This document shows positions 43,852-53,987 of a DNA stretch of 64,000 bases, in pieces. Origin of the DNA: Fluviicola sp. (lineage in GTDB: Bacteria > Bacteroidota > Bacteroidia > Flavobacteriales_D > Crocinitomicaceae). Every line of letters begins with the position of its first letter. Position 1 is the stretch's first letter. Below the pieces are notes generated by a model. The model saw only the letters and a program-made list of their open reading frames with translations. It did not search any database and was not told the DNA's origin. The translations under genes and the position numbers were made by a program. The stretch lies in contig DATGWM010000014.1 of the NCBI GenBank assembly GCA_035299485.1, positions 160,370 to 224,369 on the forward strand, read 5' to 3'.

Positions 43852-43951
43852 TTTTCAGTTTGATTTTAAAGTAATCGTTTGAGGAGAAGTTGGGGGCGTC
43901 ATGCGTCAGCCAGTGGCTGATTCATCTACGGGGTGATTGTTTCAACGATTA

Positions 43952-43959
43952 CAAAATTA
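43952..43959 (-). promoter_or_regulatory. -7 element upstream of the fabH-like gene
   Basis: TAATTTTG on the minus strand, 100 nt before the ATG. Confidence 0.55.
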
Positions 43960-44176
43960 GTATTATTCAGTAAATATCGTACAAAACAAGGGGCCGGTAT
44001 TTTAAAGTATCATAAAAAACGTATATAGGAATGGACTTAAGACTTTGATTGCACCGTTCAAACAAAAACACAATTGATTGACGGTGATTTCGCGATACCG
44101 AAAATATGCAATTTTGCAATTTCGTAAAATTACGAAGAAGCCCCATTTTTACTGAGATTCAAAGGAATCTACAAAC

Positions 44177-45097
44177 TCACCTGCTCACACAAAAACGCAA
44201 ACAATTTGTCTCACCGTTTTGCCCTGTCAATTTCAACATATACATTCCGTCCGGAAGCTGAGACATAGGAAGATCAGAAGACTGCTTCGTAAGCATTCCG
44301 GCTTCCATTTGCTGGCCTGCCAGGTTAAAGATACGGTAGGTCGCACTTCCTTCAAGGACAGTTACATGCAACAGATCATCCGCCGGGTTGGGTGCAATTG
44401 TTGCAGCGAACGTATTGTTTTCTTTCAGGCCAAGATGGGTAAGCAGGTACTCACAATCTTCACCGGAAGGGTTGTACTCCAGGCTGTCATCCGAAAAGCA
44501 CTTGAAGGAATACTGGAAAAATTCGACAATAAGATTCGAATCGCAGTTTCTCGGCGTCGGGAACAGGAAATCCTCCATAGCCCCGAAGCGGGAATTTACC
44601 GCCCCGATTAAACCGTAAGAACTTCCAACAGAGTCGACCAGGTTGATCTGAGTAGCCTGCTCGCCATTCAAATCCACAGTTCCGACTGATTCGACTTTGG
44701 TATAGGAAGAATCATTGCACGTAAACCAGGTAACACCATTTTGGATCAGCCATGAATCTCCCGGTGAAGCAGAAAAGTCATACAGGACATTGAAATGATT
44801 ATTATCCCAGTAATAAACAGTGTCACTTGAGGCACGCGTATACCATTCACCGAAAGGATCGGCAACATGCTCTAAATCGCCTCCGGGTCCGGTAATAAAA
44901 AAGGCGTGTTTGGTGGCGTTAAGTTTCTGACAGGTATATCCCTGCAAAACCGTATCGCCGTCTTGCTCGATTTTGATAAACCCGTATTCCTGGAGCGTCC
45001 AGTAATCGTAGTGCCATACGGGGTTTGATTTCACCCATACCTGCGAAAACAAGGCAAAGGTGAAGAGAATGAACACGGTAGATATTGTTGTTTTCAT
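44177..45097 (-). CDS. Secreted protein with T9SS type A sorting domain
   Basis: Signal peptide MKTTISTVFILFTFALFSQ; C-terminal IAPNPADDLLHV...IFNLAGQ...GMYMLKL. Confidence 0.85.
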   Translation of the reverse strand: MKTTISTVFILFTFALFSQVWVKSNPVWHYDYWTLQEYGFIKIEQDGDTVLQGYTCQKLNATKHAFFITGPGGDLEHVADPFGEWYTRASSDTVYYWDNNHFNVLYDFSASPGDSWLIQNGVTWFTCNDSSYTKVESVGTVDLNGEQATQINLVDSVGSSYGLIGAVNSRFGAMEDFLFPTPRNCDSNLIVEFFQYSFKCFSDDSLEYNPSGEDCEYLLTHLGLKENNTFAATIAPNPADDLLHVTVLEGSATYRIFNLAGQQMEAGMLTKQSSDLPMSQLPDGMYMLKLTGQNGETNCLRFCVSR

Positions 45098-45257
45098 AAG
45101 CGCGTTTTATGCGATGATACGACAGGTTTCCAAAGGTTGTAGGCAGGTTGATTAACAAACCATGAACAACAAGTTACGACAAACGAACAACTTTCGGTTG
45201 GTCAGCTTTGGCTTCAACTTATCAACTGAAAACTGTCAAACTGACCAACTGCTAATC

Positions 45258-46868
45258 CTATCTGCTCACACAAAAACGGATGCTGCCTGTTTCACAGTTT
45301 TCGCCGGTCAGTTGCAGGAGATAACATCCTACGGAAAGTCCGGCAATGTTCAGATCTGTGTGTTCCTTTAACATACCTGCCTCGATTTCCTGGCCAGTCA
45401 GCGCTGTGACGCGGTAATTGAAATTTCCTTTTGGAAGGATGACATGCAAGAGTTCATTTGCCGGATTCGGATAGGCCTGGATTTCATTCCAATCAAGGCC
45501 GTTGAGTCCCAAACCTGCAATTTCAAAACAAGCCGAAGTGTCTGTGCATTCGCCATTGGAAATGACAACGGCATAGTTTCCGTTACCGGGAATCGTGAGC
45601 ACCGAATCGGTCGCATTCGGAATCGCCGTTCCTGTGGCGCAATCGATCCATTGAAAGGTATAAATAGGACCTGCATGAGCAAAGAGCTGTCCGTTGAGTG
45701 TATCCACTTCATTCACATTGGCCAGGTAAAGGCAATTCAGGTATTTCCGCACGTGCGTATGCGTTGTATCGGGGCCGTTTTGCATAAAGGCGTCCGTACT
45801 GAACGAATGGGTTACAAAATAGGTATTGTAGGCGTCGACAGCCACATCCCAGACTTTTGCGTTTTGAGGATTATATTCGGTACCGAACTGATCTGTGGCC
45901 ATGTAAAGATTAGAGTTGGGCGCCCAGGAATCGGCAGCCATATTCCATTTAAAGCAAAACACATAACCCCAGGGGCCAAGCTCGGTGTTCGAGATAACAT
46001 AGATCAGGTTCCCTTCCTTATCCTCGACCAGCTTTCCGCTTACACCGGTTTCGGAAACGGCGTAAATCACCGTATCCTTTATGACCGTATTATTGTCTTT
46101 AATGGCGCACAGATGGATTTCCGTATAAGACAGTCCGCGAAGCACCGTAAGGTAAATGGAGTCGTTGTCAGCCACCACAAAATCATGTATCGGGTTAAAA
46201 ATATTGTTCTGAGTTTCACCAATCGTATCCCAGGTTGCAGCGGTTTGATCGTATCTCCTGAATGTGAATACGGTTTGTGCAGGTAACGGCGACGGAACAT
46301 AATGGGTATTCACTCCTACGGGGCGATTGTCATTATCCAGCGCGAATTTGGTGAATCTTCCAGAAGACAGGTCTGTCCAGCTTCCGCTTTCAAAACGAAA
46401 AACCGACCCGCCATTCGTAAAACCAGGATCGATAAAATGTACATAAACCGTATCGCCGGCGCCCAGGTAAATCTCAGCATTCTGGAATTGAGCGGTCAAT
46501 GGTGAAAACGCTGTTGTATAAGCGTCTCCCGGAGAAGCATTCAAATCGTAGGTTTCCAAAACAAACTGGTTCGACACTTTTCGCAGCACAAAAACAGAAT
46601 CGTCAGTGACGGCGAAGTCGAGGCCGTTCGTCCCGGTGAGTACATTATTCCAGGTATCATTCTCCAGTTTATCAATGCGAAATTGATTCGTCGCAAAGTT
46701 CTTCTGCATGGAATAAAGAATATTGGTAGATGGTTGGACCATCAATTCGCCGTTGGTGTGTTCATGATACGTCAGGGTATCGTTGCAGGCATAAGTCCAT
46801 TGAGCGTTGGCGGGAATTGCAAATACAACTGCAATCAGCAACAGGTGGTAGCGAAGTTTCAGCTTCAT
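45258..46868 (-). CDS. Secreted protein with T9SS type A sorting domain
   Basis: Signal peptide ...IPANAQ; C-terminal AYPNPANELLHV...TGQEI...GCYLLQL. Confidence 0.85.
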   Translation of the reverse strand: MKLKLRYHLLLIAVVFAIPANAQWTYACNDTLTYHEHTNGELMVQPSTNILYSMQKNFATNQFRIDKLENDTWNNVLTGTNGLDFAVTDDSVFVLRKVSNQFVLETYDLNASPGDAYTTAFSPLTAQFQNAEIYLGAGDTVYVHFIDPGFTNGGSVFRFESGSWTDLSSGRFTKFALDNDNRPVGVNTHYVPSPLPAQTVFTFRRYDQTAATWDTIGETQNNIFNPIHDFVVADNDSIYLTVLRGLSYTEIHLCAIKDNNTVIKDTVIYAVSETGVSGKLVEDKEGNLIYVISNTELGPWGYVFCFKWNMAADSWAPNSNLYMATDQFGTEYNPQNAKVWDVAVDAYNTYFVTHSFSTDAFMQNGPDTTHTHVRKYLNCLYLANVNEVDTLNGQLFAHAGPIYTFQWIDCATGTAIPNATDSVLTIPGNGNYAVVISNGECTDTSACFEIAGLGLNGLDWNEIQAYPNPANELLHVILPKGNFNYRVTALTGQEIEAGMLKEHTDLNIAGLSVGCYLLQLTGENCETGSIRFCVSR

Positions 46869-47080
46869 AAGGTTTTCATTTAAGTAGTTCAGGCTTTTAA
46901 CAGCAAGTTAAAAATACAAACTATCAGCAAAAAACAAAGGTAAATGGATCGTTCATTAACATTCCCAGCACATTTTTGAATAAACAATACCTCCAGGTGA
47001 GTGTTTACACCTAAATGGCGGCACAGCAACAAATGTTGAAATCATCGGGATGTTCCCCGCGAAATCTACCCCCAAACATT

Positions 47081-47088
47081 TATCTTTG
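47081..47088 (+). promoter_or_regulatory. -7 element immediately before pcrA
   Basis: TATCTTTG only 5 nt before the ATG at 47094. Confidence 0.65.
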
Positions 47089-47093
47089 CATCT

Positions 47094-49391
47094 ATGGATT
47101 ATCTGGATACCCTAAACGAAAGCCAACGTGTTGCAGTAGAGAATATTGAAGGTCCTACGATGGTGATTGCCGGCGCAGGATCAGGCAAAACGCGTGTGTT
47201 GACCTACCGTATTGCTTACATGATGCAGCACGGAGTGGACCCGTTCAACATCCTGGCGCTAACCTTTACGAATAAAGCAGCGAAAGAGATGACCGAACGA
47301 ATCGGTTCTATCGTTGGCGGAGGCGAAGCAAAGAACATCACCATGGGTACGTTTCACTCGGTTTTCGCGCGAATTTTGCGCTTCAATGCCGACCGACTGG
47401 GCTATCCGCAGAATTTTACCATTTACGATACACAGGACACCAAAAGCCTGTTGAAGGATATTGTCAAGGAACTGAACCTTGACGACAAGATCTACAAGCC
47501 AAGTATGGTTTACGGGCGCATTTCGGCAGCAAAAAACAACCTGATCTCGCCGGAAGCCTATGCTGAAAACACAGACATCATTGCCGAAGACCGCCAAAGC
47601 CAGCGGCCGGAACTGGCGCGGATTTACAAGGCTTACGCCGTTCGTTGCTTCAAAGCGGGGGCCATGGACTTCGACGACCTGTTGTACCAGACCAACGTAC
47701 TGCTGCGCGATTTCCCCGATGTCTTGCATTATTACCAGCAGAAGTTTCGCTACATCCTGGTGGATGAGTACCAGGATACCAACTATGCGCAGTACCTGAT
47801 CGTGAAAAAACTGGCAGCAGTGTATGAAAATCTCTGCGTGGTGGGCGATGATGCGCAAAGTATCTACTCCTTCCGCGGGGCGAATATCCAGAATATTCTG
47901 AATTTCCGAAACGATTACCCGGATTTCAAGCTGTTCAAGCTCGAGCAGAATTACCGCAGTACGCAAACAATTGTGGAAGCGGCCAACAGCGTGATCTCAC
48001 GCAATAAGGAACAGATCAAAAAAAGCGTCTGGACCGAAAACGACCAGGGGTTACCGATCAAGGTTATCCGCACCATGACCGATAACGAGGAAGGAAAAAT
48101 CATTGCCAACAAAATCTTTGACATCAAGCATGCCGAGACAAGCAAGTGGAGTGATTTTGCTATCCTTTACCGCACCAACCGCCAGTCGCGTTCGTTTGAG
48201 GAAGCGCTGCGCCGGTTAAACATGCCGTATAAAATCTACGGCGGATTGTCGTTCTACCAACGCAAGGAAATCAAGGATTTGATGGCCTATTTCCGCCTGA
48301 CTGCAAATCCGCGGGATGAGGAAGCGTTGAAGCGCGTGATCAATTATCCGAAACGGGGAATCGGTAAAACATCGTGGGAAACAATTGTGATCGCGGCGAA
48401 TAACTACAACGTTGCGTTGTGGGACGTGATTTCCGATTTCATGACCTACCCGGTTGATATTCCCGGAGCGACGCGGTCGAAAATCAGTGATTTTGTGACC
48501 ATGATCCAAAGCTTTTCGGCACAATTGCTCACCCAGCCGGCTTACGACCTGGCACAACATATTGCCAAGTCTTCCGGTATTCTGAAGGAGTTGTACACTG
48601 ACAAGGATAAAGGACCGGAAGAAGTAGAACGCTACCAGAACATTGAAGAATTACTGGCCGGTATCAAAGAATTTACCGTGCAACGCGGTGAAGACGAGCA
48701 GGCCATTCTTTCGGATTACATGATCGATGTGGCATTGCTGACAGATGCTGATACCGACAAAGAGGATGACAAAAACAAGATCACGATGATGACCATCCAC
48801 TCCAGTAAGGGTCTGGAATTTCCGCACGTGTTTTTGGTAGGTTTGGAAGAAAACCTGTTCCCGTCACAGCTGTCGATCAACTCGCGGTCGGAGCTGGAAG
48901 AGGAACGCCGCCTGTTTTATGTGGCGGTTACCCGTGCTGAAAAAACCTGTACGATTTCGTATGCATCTTCGCGGTTTCAGTGGGGAAATCTTGTCTCTTC
49001 GGAACCAAGCCGTTTTATCGCCGAGATCAACCAGGATTATCTGAGCTTTGAAAATCCGTACGGCGCTGCGATGGGTGGGGGCCGTTCATTGAATTCCGGC
49101 AGGCCGGTTACCGAACGCGGTTTTGTAGGCGGTTTGAATAAAAAAGCGGTAACACCTTCTACCGGTTCGTTGAAAAGCCTCAGTGATCTCAGCAGCAAAC
49201 CGGCCACTTCAGAAGCAATGAATCTTGATCTGAAAGTTGGCTATAATGTCGAGCATGATCGTTTTGGAAAAGGAAAGGTGACCAAACTGGAAGGAACCGG
49301 CGTTGATAAAAAAGCTACAATCTTTTTCCCGCACGCCGGAGCAAAAACACTGCTGCTGCGCTTTGCAAAACTGACAGTTCTAGAAGATTAA
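47094..49391 (+). CDS. pcrA: UvrD/PcrA superfamily 1 DNA helicase
   Basis: AGAGSGKT, ALTFTNKAA, VDEYQDTN, VGDDAQSIYSFRGA, LEQNYRST, ERRLFYVAVTRA, C-terminal Tudor-like domain. Confidence 0.95.
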   Translation: MDYLDTLNESQRVAVENIEGPTMVIAGAGSGKTRVLTYRIAYMMQHGVDPFNILALTFTNKAAKEMTERIGSIVGGGEAKNITMGTFHSVFARILRFNADRLGYPQNFTIYDTQDTKSLLKDIVKELNLDDKIYKPSMVYGRISAAKNNLISPEAYAENTDIIAEDRQSQRPELARIYKAYAVRCFKAGAMDFDDLLYQTNVLLRDFPDVLHYYQQKFRYILVDEYQDTNYAQYLIVKKLAAVYENLCVVGDDAQSIYSFRGANIQNILNFRNDYPDFKLFKLEQNYRSTQTIVEAANSVISRNKEQIKKSVWTENDQGLPIKVIRTMTDNEEGKIIANKIFDIKHAETSKWSDFAILYRTNRQSRSFEEALRRLNMPYKIYGGLSFYQRKEIKDLMAYFRLTANPRDEEALKRVINYPKRGIGKTSWETIVIAANNYNVALWDVISDFMTYPVDIPGATRSKISDFVTMIQSFSAQLLTQPAYDLAQHIAKSSGILKELYTDKDKGPEEVERYQNIEELLAGIKEFTVQRGEDEQAILSDYMIDVALLTDADTDKEDDKNKITMMTIHSSKGLEFPHVFLVGLEENLFPSQLSINSRSELEEERRLFYVAVTRAEKTCTISYASSRFQWGNLVSSEPSRFIAEINQDYLSFENPYGAAMGGGRSLNSGRPVTERGFVGGLNKKAVTPSTGSLKSLSDLSSKPATSEAMNLDLKVGYNVEHDRFGKGKVTKLEGTGVDKKATIFFPHAGAKTLLLRFAKLTVLED

Positions 49392-49441
49392 TCCAGCACC
49401 TTTGCCTTCTGGTTCGGGAAGGAATTGTGAATGTCGGGCAA

Positions 49442-49957
49442 TTACCTCCAACCCTCAGGCAGTTCCTGTTTTTCCAGGAAACGTTCTTTCAAGGGCCGCC
49501 ATTCATGCATGATGATGTCTTTTATTCCCAACTCTTTGAATTTAGCATCAATCGCAGACTGATGGTGTTCTTTAGAATAAATGAACAGCTCATCTGTTTT
49601 GGCATTGATGATCAAGAGTCCCGGATAAGCACCGCTTAACTGCGGCCAGTATTCATTCGTATTTTCAAGAACAATGATGGAATCAGCAATCCCCACTTTA
49701 GTTAGAGCGGTAAATTGAAATTCGTTGTCGAACAATTTGAAATCCGGGCCGGAAATAACGGGATCATGGACAACCAAAAACCAGTCATTCATGTCGGAAT
49801 TGGTCGGTGAAAATACTTCGTAAGGTTCCAGCAAAGGCACCCGCCATACGTCACCGTCTTTGGTATAGGAATAGAAATCACCCGTTTTTTCTGCGTCCGA
49901 ATGACCGGAACACGCCGTCAGAAGCAGTGTACCAAGAATAAGCGGAAGTAGCCTCAT
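49442..49957 (-). CDS. Hypothetical lipoprotein
   Basis: Lipobox LLLTAC at residue 16. Confidence 0.7.
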   Translation of the reverse strand: MRLLPLILGTLLLTACSGHSDAEKTGDFYSYTKDGDVWRVPLLEPYEVFSPTNSDMNDWFLVVHDPVISGPDFKLFDNEFQFTALTKVGIADSIIVLENTNEYWPQLSGAYPGLLIINAKTDELFIYSKEHHQSAIDAKFKELGIKDIIMHEWRPLKERFLEKQELPEGWR

Positions 49958-49975
49958 CCAAAATCCGGATTTCGC

Positions 49976-50710
49976 CTACCAAAAAAAGAGTTCCTGGATC
50001 ACACGTTCACCATAGGGCTCACCTTTCAACTTTTCGGTCATTTCGGCTTTTAATGTCTCGGTGGTATAGTCTTTTCCCTTCTTTTTCGGTGGCGTCAATT
50101 GCTCTGGAGTAGGATTGACAATTTCCACGTTTGTTGCGAAGAACACTACCCCACCGTCTTCCGTCGCCAGGCCAAGTACAGCTCCCGGCAATCCGCGTAC
50201 GCATTCAGGGCCTACTGTTGGAATGATATCCGTTGTAAACCAGGCATGAATGCGTGTGGAATCATTCTTTTGCCAGATCGCACGCGTACATTCATAGCCG
50301 GCTATTTTACGGGTCTTGTCGGTGATTTTCCAGGTACGGTCCACCAATGAATCACTGATGGTCAGTTGCGTACCCCACATATCCATGTACACCACACGCT
50401 CGTCACTCGCACGATTGGAATAAACCGTGTTTTTAACCGTAGCCCAGCTCATCGGATCTTGTTCTTCCGGGGCAATATAACTGAACATCGAGATCGAATC
50501 GTTGAAGTACAAGGCAAACTTGTCGGTCTTGATCTTATCTGCTTCCTTCAGCCATTCGCGCATACGCTCGTCGTCGAATTTCTTGTACAAATTCGTTCTG
50601 CGCTCGTAGGTAATTTTACCATACTGCACCAACTGGCCCTGGCTTAGGGCAGACTGCACGGTAAACAGTGCAATCAATGCGAGGATAATACTACCACATT
50701 TCATTTTCAA
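49976..50710 (-). CDS. GLPGLI family protein
   Basis: W.ITDKTRKIAGYEC..A, AWFTTDI, GP...GLPGAVL; paired with an outer-membrane barrel gene. Confidence 0.88.
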   Translation of the reverse strand: MKMKCGSIILALIALFTVQSALSQGQLVQYGKITYERRTNLYKKFDDERMREWLKEADKIKTDKFALYFNDSISMFSYIAPEEQDPMSWATVKNTVYSNRASDERVVYMDMWGTQLTISDSLVDRTWKITDKTRKIAGYECTRAIWQKNDSTRIHAWFTTDIIPTVGPECVRGLPGAVLGLATEDGGVVFFATNVEIVNPTPEQLTPPKKKGKDYTTETLKAEMTEKLKGEPYGERVIQELFFW

Positions 50711-53447
50711 CTTCTTTTACGTGATTATTATTGAATTTCAGTGTCATTTTCGCCATGAAATAGCGACGAATTACAGTGCTGCGCTGATCCACGATGACGT
50801 TGTTGTTCACCGTTCGGTAATTGCTGATATTCTGGTTCAGGATATCGTAGGCTTCAATTCCGAAAAGCAGGTTTTCTGTTTTCAGGAATGAACGCTGGAT
50901 CGATGCATTCCAGATAACATAGTTCACATTGTAACTGCTGGTTCGACCGGTATTGATCGTATACGTAGCATCCGTGTTGATGAACCAGCGATGTGGCAAA
51001 GTCCAGCTCACATCGGCGCTGAAATTGTAATTGGTATACGGCTGGTTGCTGAATGTACTCAGGGTGTTGCTAGGTGCATTGTAATCAAAACTTACGCCCA
51101 AACCAAGCATGAGTGAGTCACCGTTGTAGTTCAGATCGGCTCCGGAACCTACTCCCAGGTTACGCGAAAGGTTTTGCTGCAGGTCGATGTAGTTTTCGGT
51201 GGCTGAAAAGTTACCGTTCACATTGATGTCCAATCGCAGGTCTTTCACTTTCTCGATCGGAATACCCGTGCCTCCCCAAACTGAACCGTAGTCGGCGTGG
51301 TCTACGTTGATTGCCTGTGATTCGGTTCGTCCGAAAGCATCATAAGTTGTCGATGTACTGAAAGCATCTTTTTGACGTGTATAGTACATTCCGGCATAAA
51401 CGTAGAATCCTGAAAGCCCTTTCCACATGTTGTAATTGGCCGTAATTGTATGCGCGTAATTCGGTTTCAAATCAGAGTTCCCGATCTGTACGAAATTCGG
51501 GTTGGAGTTGTCACGCACGGGCTGCAACTGTGTTACGGATGGCAGGCTTGAGTTGGTATTGTACTGTATTCTCAAACGGCTCGACTGGGTGAACTTGAAT
51601 GTAAGGATCACACGTGGAAGCACATTGGTCAATCCCTGGTTGATCAGGGTATCCGTGAACAGGTTGCGGTTGTCAATACCAATGTTACGTACACGGGCAC
51701 CCACCGAAACCCTTGCTTTTGCATTCTCGAAAATTCCGAATGCTCCTACACGGTGCTGCTGACGGTCGGTAGAGAACTGGTTCGAGAACGTTGAATCGAT
51801 GTCCGTATAGCTTCCGTTGACAGGCTCAAACGTTGTTTTACGCTGATCGTTGTGATTGTCATAAAACTCGTAATCAAACTCAGCCTTGAATTTCTTGCCG
51901 ATCGGTTCAACATAGTTGATGTAACCTGTTTGCGAAAGGCTTTTGTAGCGGTTTTCTTTTTTCTGGTCGAAGCTGGAATTAACCGTTTGCGTGGCAGCAT
52001 CGATGTCTTCGGTCAATAACGATCCGTCGGAACTGTTGTCGTCGGACACCATGTTATAACGCGCCAGCAATTTGCGGTTCTTCTTCCTGAAATCTTTGTA
52101 ATAACGAAGGGTTGTATTCATGGAAAGTCCATCGGCAATCGACGAGTTATCGATCGATGTATACCGTGACAATGAATCATTGAATGCCCGGAAATCGGTA
52201 CGTGATACAGAAGTTTGGTTCGATTGATTGATTGTCAGCTTCGGTTCGAATTCGATGCGCGACAAGGAATCAAGCTCCTGGACAAATTTCACACCGATGC
52301 TGTGTTGCTTGTAGTGTTCTTCTTTGTTGGAAGTCACATCGGTGAAATAAGTTGTATCGGTCAGGATATACTGTGAACGGCTGCTTCCTACCGTTGTAAT
52401 CTGGTTATCCGCATACGAATAATTCACACGTACTTTTCCGCCTTTCCACAGTTTCTGGTCGAGGTAAAATCCGGCCTTGAAGGTCTGCGGAACACCATTA
52501 TCCGTGTTTATTGATCCAGACGTTCCCGAATAATCCGGGTCATCCGATTCATTCATCCAGTCTCCGCCATCTTCGAAACCGAACTTAAAGAGATCACGGA
52601 AGTTCAAATCGGCTTTTGGCGTATTGGAACCCAACGCGTAAACGGCAATTTTCTGTTTGTTGTTGTATTTATTGAGCAAGAGATCGCCTTCGTAAAAGCC
52701 TTTGTTGCTCGGAATAAAGCGGTCGAGTCCACCAGCCAGGTTCACTTTTCCGAAATAGCCTTTTTTGGCTTCTTCCTTGAGTTTGAGATCAAGTACCTGG
52801 ATCTTTTCATCGCTCCCGTCTTCACTGTCTTTTTCGTAGACTTCAACGGTTTTCACACCGTCTGCAGCAAGGTTTTTCGTGGCGATAGTGGGGTCGTTTC
52901 CAAAGAACTCGTCACCGTCTACCAGTACCTGCCCGATTTCTTTTCCTTGAGAAGTGATTTTTCCGTTTTCGTCGATCTTCATTCCGGGAAGTTTCCGGAT
53001 CAGGTCTTCCACAACAGCATTCTCTTTGACTTTGAAGGAGTCGGCCACGAAAACAAGGGTGTCACCGCGGTAATAAACCGGGTTCTTATTGGCGTAGATC
53101 ACCACCTCACCCAAACCGGTCGATTTCTCGGGCATCGGAATTTGCCCCAAATCGTAAGAATTGTTTTCAGCACTTCCAAGGAAGTAAGATGTGTAATCAC
53201 CGTACTGCGGATGACGAATAACCAATTGCACCGTATCCAATGGAAATGAAAAGGAAAAATACCCGTTTCTGTCCGTTCGTTTAAAATCAAGTAAAGTAGA
53301 ATCACTTACGCGTGTGGCCATCACGATGGCATTGTTCACCGGCTGATTAAAGTTGGTATCGATTACTGTTCCCGAAACGGTCATTCGTTGTTGTGCGTAC
53401 GACGAAAAGCAGAGGAGCAATAGGGCAAAAAGTAAACGCTGTTTCAA
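50691..53447 (-). CDS. Outer membrane beta-barrel protein (TonB-dependent-receptor-like, N-terminal carboxypeptidase-regulatory-like domain)
   Basis: TTG start, signal peptide, GDTLVFVADSF, VEDLIRKLPG, LVDGDEFF, GNSDLKP, RYFMAKMTLKF; family usually paired with GLPGLI proteins. Confidence 0.85.
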   Translation of the reverse strand: MKQRLLFALLLLCFSSYAQQRMTVSGTVIDTNFNQPVNNAIVMATRVSDSTLLDFKRTDRNGYFSFSFPLDTVQLVIRHPQYGDYTSYFLGSAENNSYDLGQIPMPEKSTGLGEVVIYANKNPVYYRGDTLVFVADSFKVKENAVVEDLIRKLPGMKIDENGKITSQGKEIGQVLVDGDEFFGNDPTIATKNLAADGVKTVEVYEKDSEDGSDEKIQVLDLKLKEEAKKGYFGKVNLAGGLDRFIPSNKGFYEGDLLLNKYNNKQKIAVYALGSNTPKADLNFRDLFKFGFEDGGDWMNESDDPDYSGTSGSINTDNGVPQTFKAGFYLDQKLWKGGKVRVNYSYADNQITTVGSSRSQYILTDTTYFTDVTSNKEEHYKQHSIGVKFVQELDSLSRIEFEPKLTINQSNQTSVSRTDFRAFNDSLSRYTSIDNSSIADGLSMNTTLRYYKDFRKKNRKLLARYNMVSDDNSSDGSLLTEDIDAATQTVNSSFDQKKENRYKSLSQTGYINYVEPIGKKFKAEFDYEFYDNHNDQRKTTFEPVNGSYTDIDSTFSNQFSTDRQQHRVGAFGIFENAKARVSVGARVRNIGIDNRNLFTDTLINQGLTNVLPRVILTFKFTQSSRLRIQYNTNSSLPSVTQLQPVRDNSNPNFVQIGNSDLKPNYAHTITANYNMWKGLSGFYVYAGMYYTRQKDAFSTSTTYDAFGRTESQAINVDHADYGSVWGGTGIPIEKVKDLRLDINVNGNFSATENYIDLQQNLSRNLGVGSGADLNYNGDSLMLGLGVSFDYNAPSNTLSTFSNQPYTNYNFSADVSWTLPHRWFINTDATYTINTGRTSSYNVNYVIWNASIQRSFLKTENLLFGIEAYDILNQNISNYRTVNNNVIVDQRSTVIRRYFMAKMTLKFNNNHVKEVENEMW

Positions 53448-53618
53448 GGATTTTGGTTTTATTGGTTTAATCTAATGCAATAGTACAAACTATACCCCTT
53501 AGGGGGGAATGATTTAGTAACATCGGCACGAAGATATTATGAATGGGAATAAATCAGGGATTTTTGTTTGGTTACATTCGTTAAAATTTGTTAGGCCTCT
53601 TTTTTTACATTTATTTAC

Positions 53619-53981
53619 TCAGGTAATTCCCTGTTCCGACACGCCATTGAAAAGATCTTTCATTGCGATCGCGATGATTCCCAAGACATTGACAGTTGTG
53701 GTGGAAAGCAGGGCTATGAGGACGCCGTCGCTCAACTCGTATTGTTTACTGTTCATCACCAGCTCACCGACTTTCCAGAGCCAGGCGCTCACCAGCAGGG
53801 ACGCCCAAATGGCGAGGCAATACCGCAGGCGCGTATTGGTAACAAAGCGATTTACCTTTGCTTTTGTGAGGTCTTTATCGAGCTTTTCAACACTCCTTGA
53901 AGCGCGGGTCATTGCATTTTCATCAAGTGGTTCGTTGTCTCTCCCCGGAAGCCGGTTCAGATCAAGAATAGTGGGTTCCAT
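53619..53981 (-). CDS. Two-TM membrane protein downstream of the Panacea antitoxin (candidate toxin)
   Basis: Two hydrophobic helices, LSDGVLIALLSTTTVNVLG motif; starts 6 nt after the Panacea stop. Confidence 0.6.
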   Translation of the reverse strand: MEPTILDLNRLPGRDNEPLDENAMTRASRSVEKLDKDLTKAKVNRFVTNTRLRYCLAIWASLLVSAWLWKVGELVMNSKQYELSDGVLIALLSTTTVNVLGIIAIAMKDLFNGVSEQGIT

Positions 53982-53987
53982 GGTGAT

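Noticed and set aside
45160-45257. Degenerate CAACTG-type short repeats in the intergenic region
   Set aside because: Irregular and low-complexity, with no constant unit or spacer pattern
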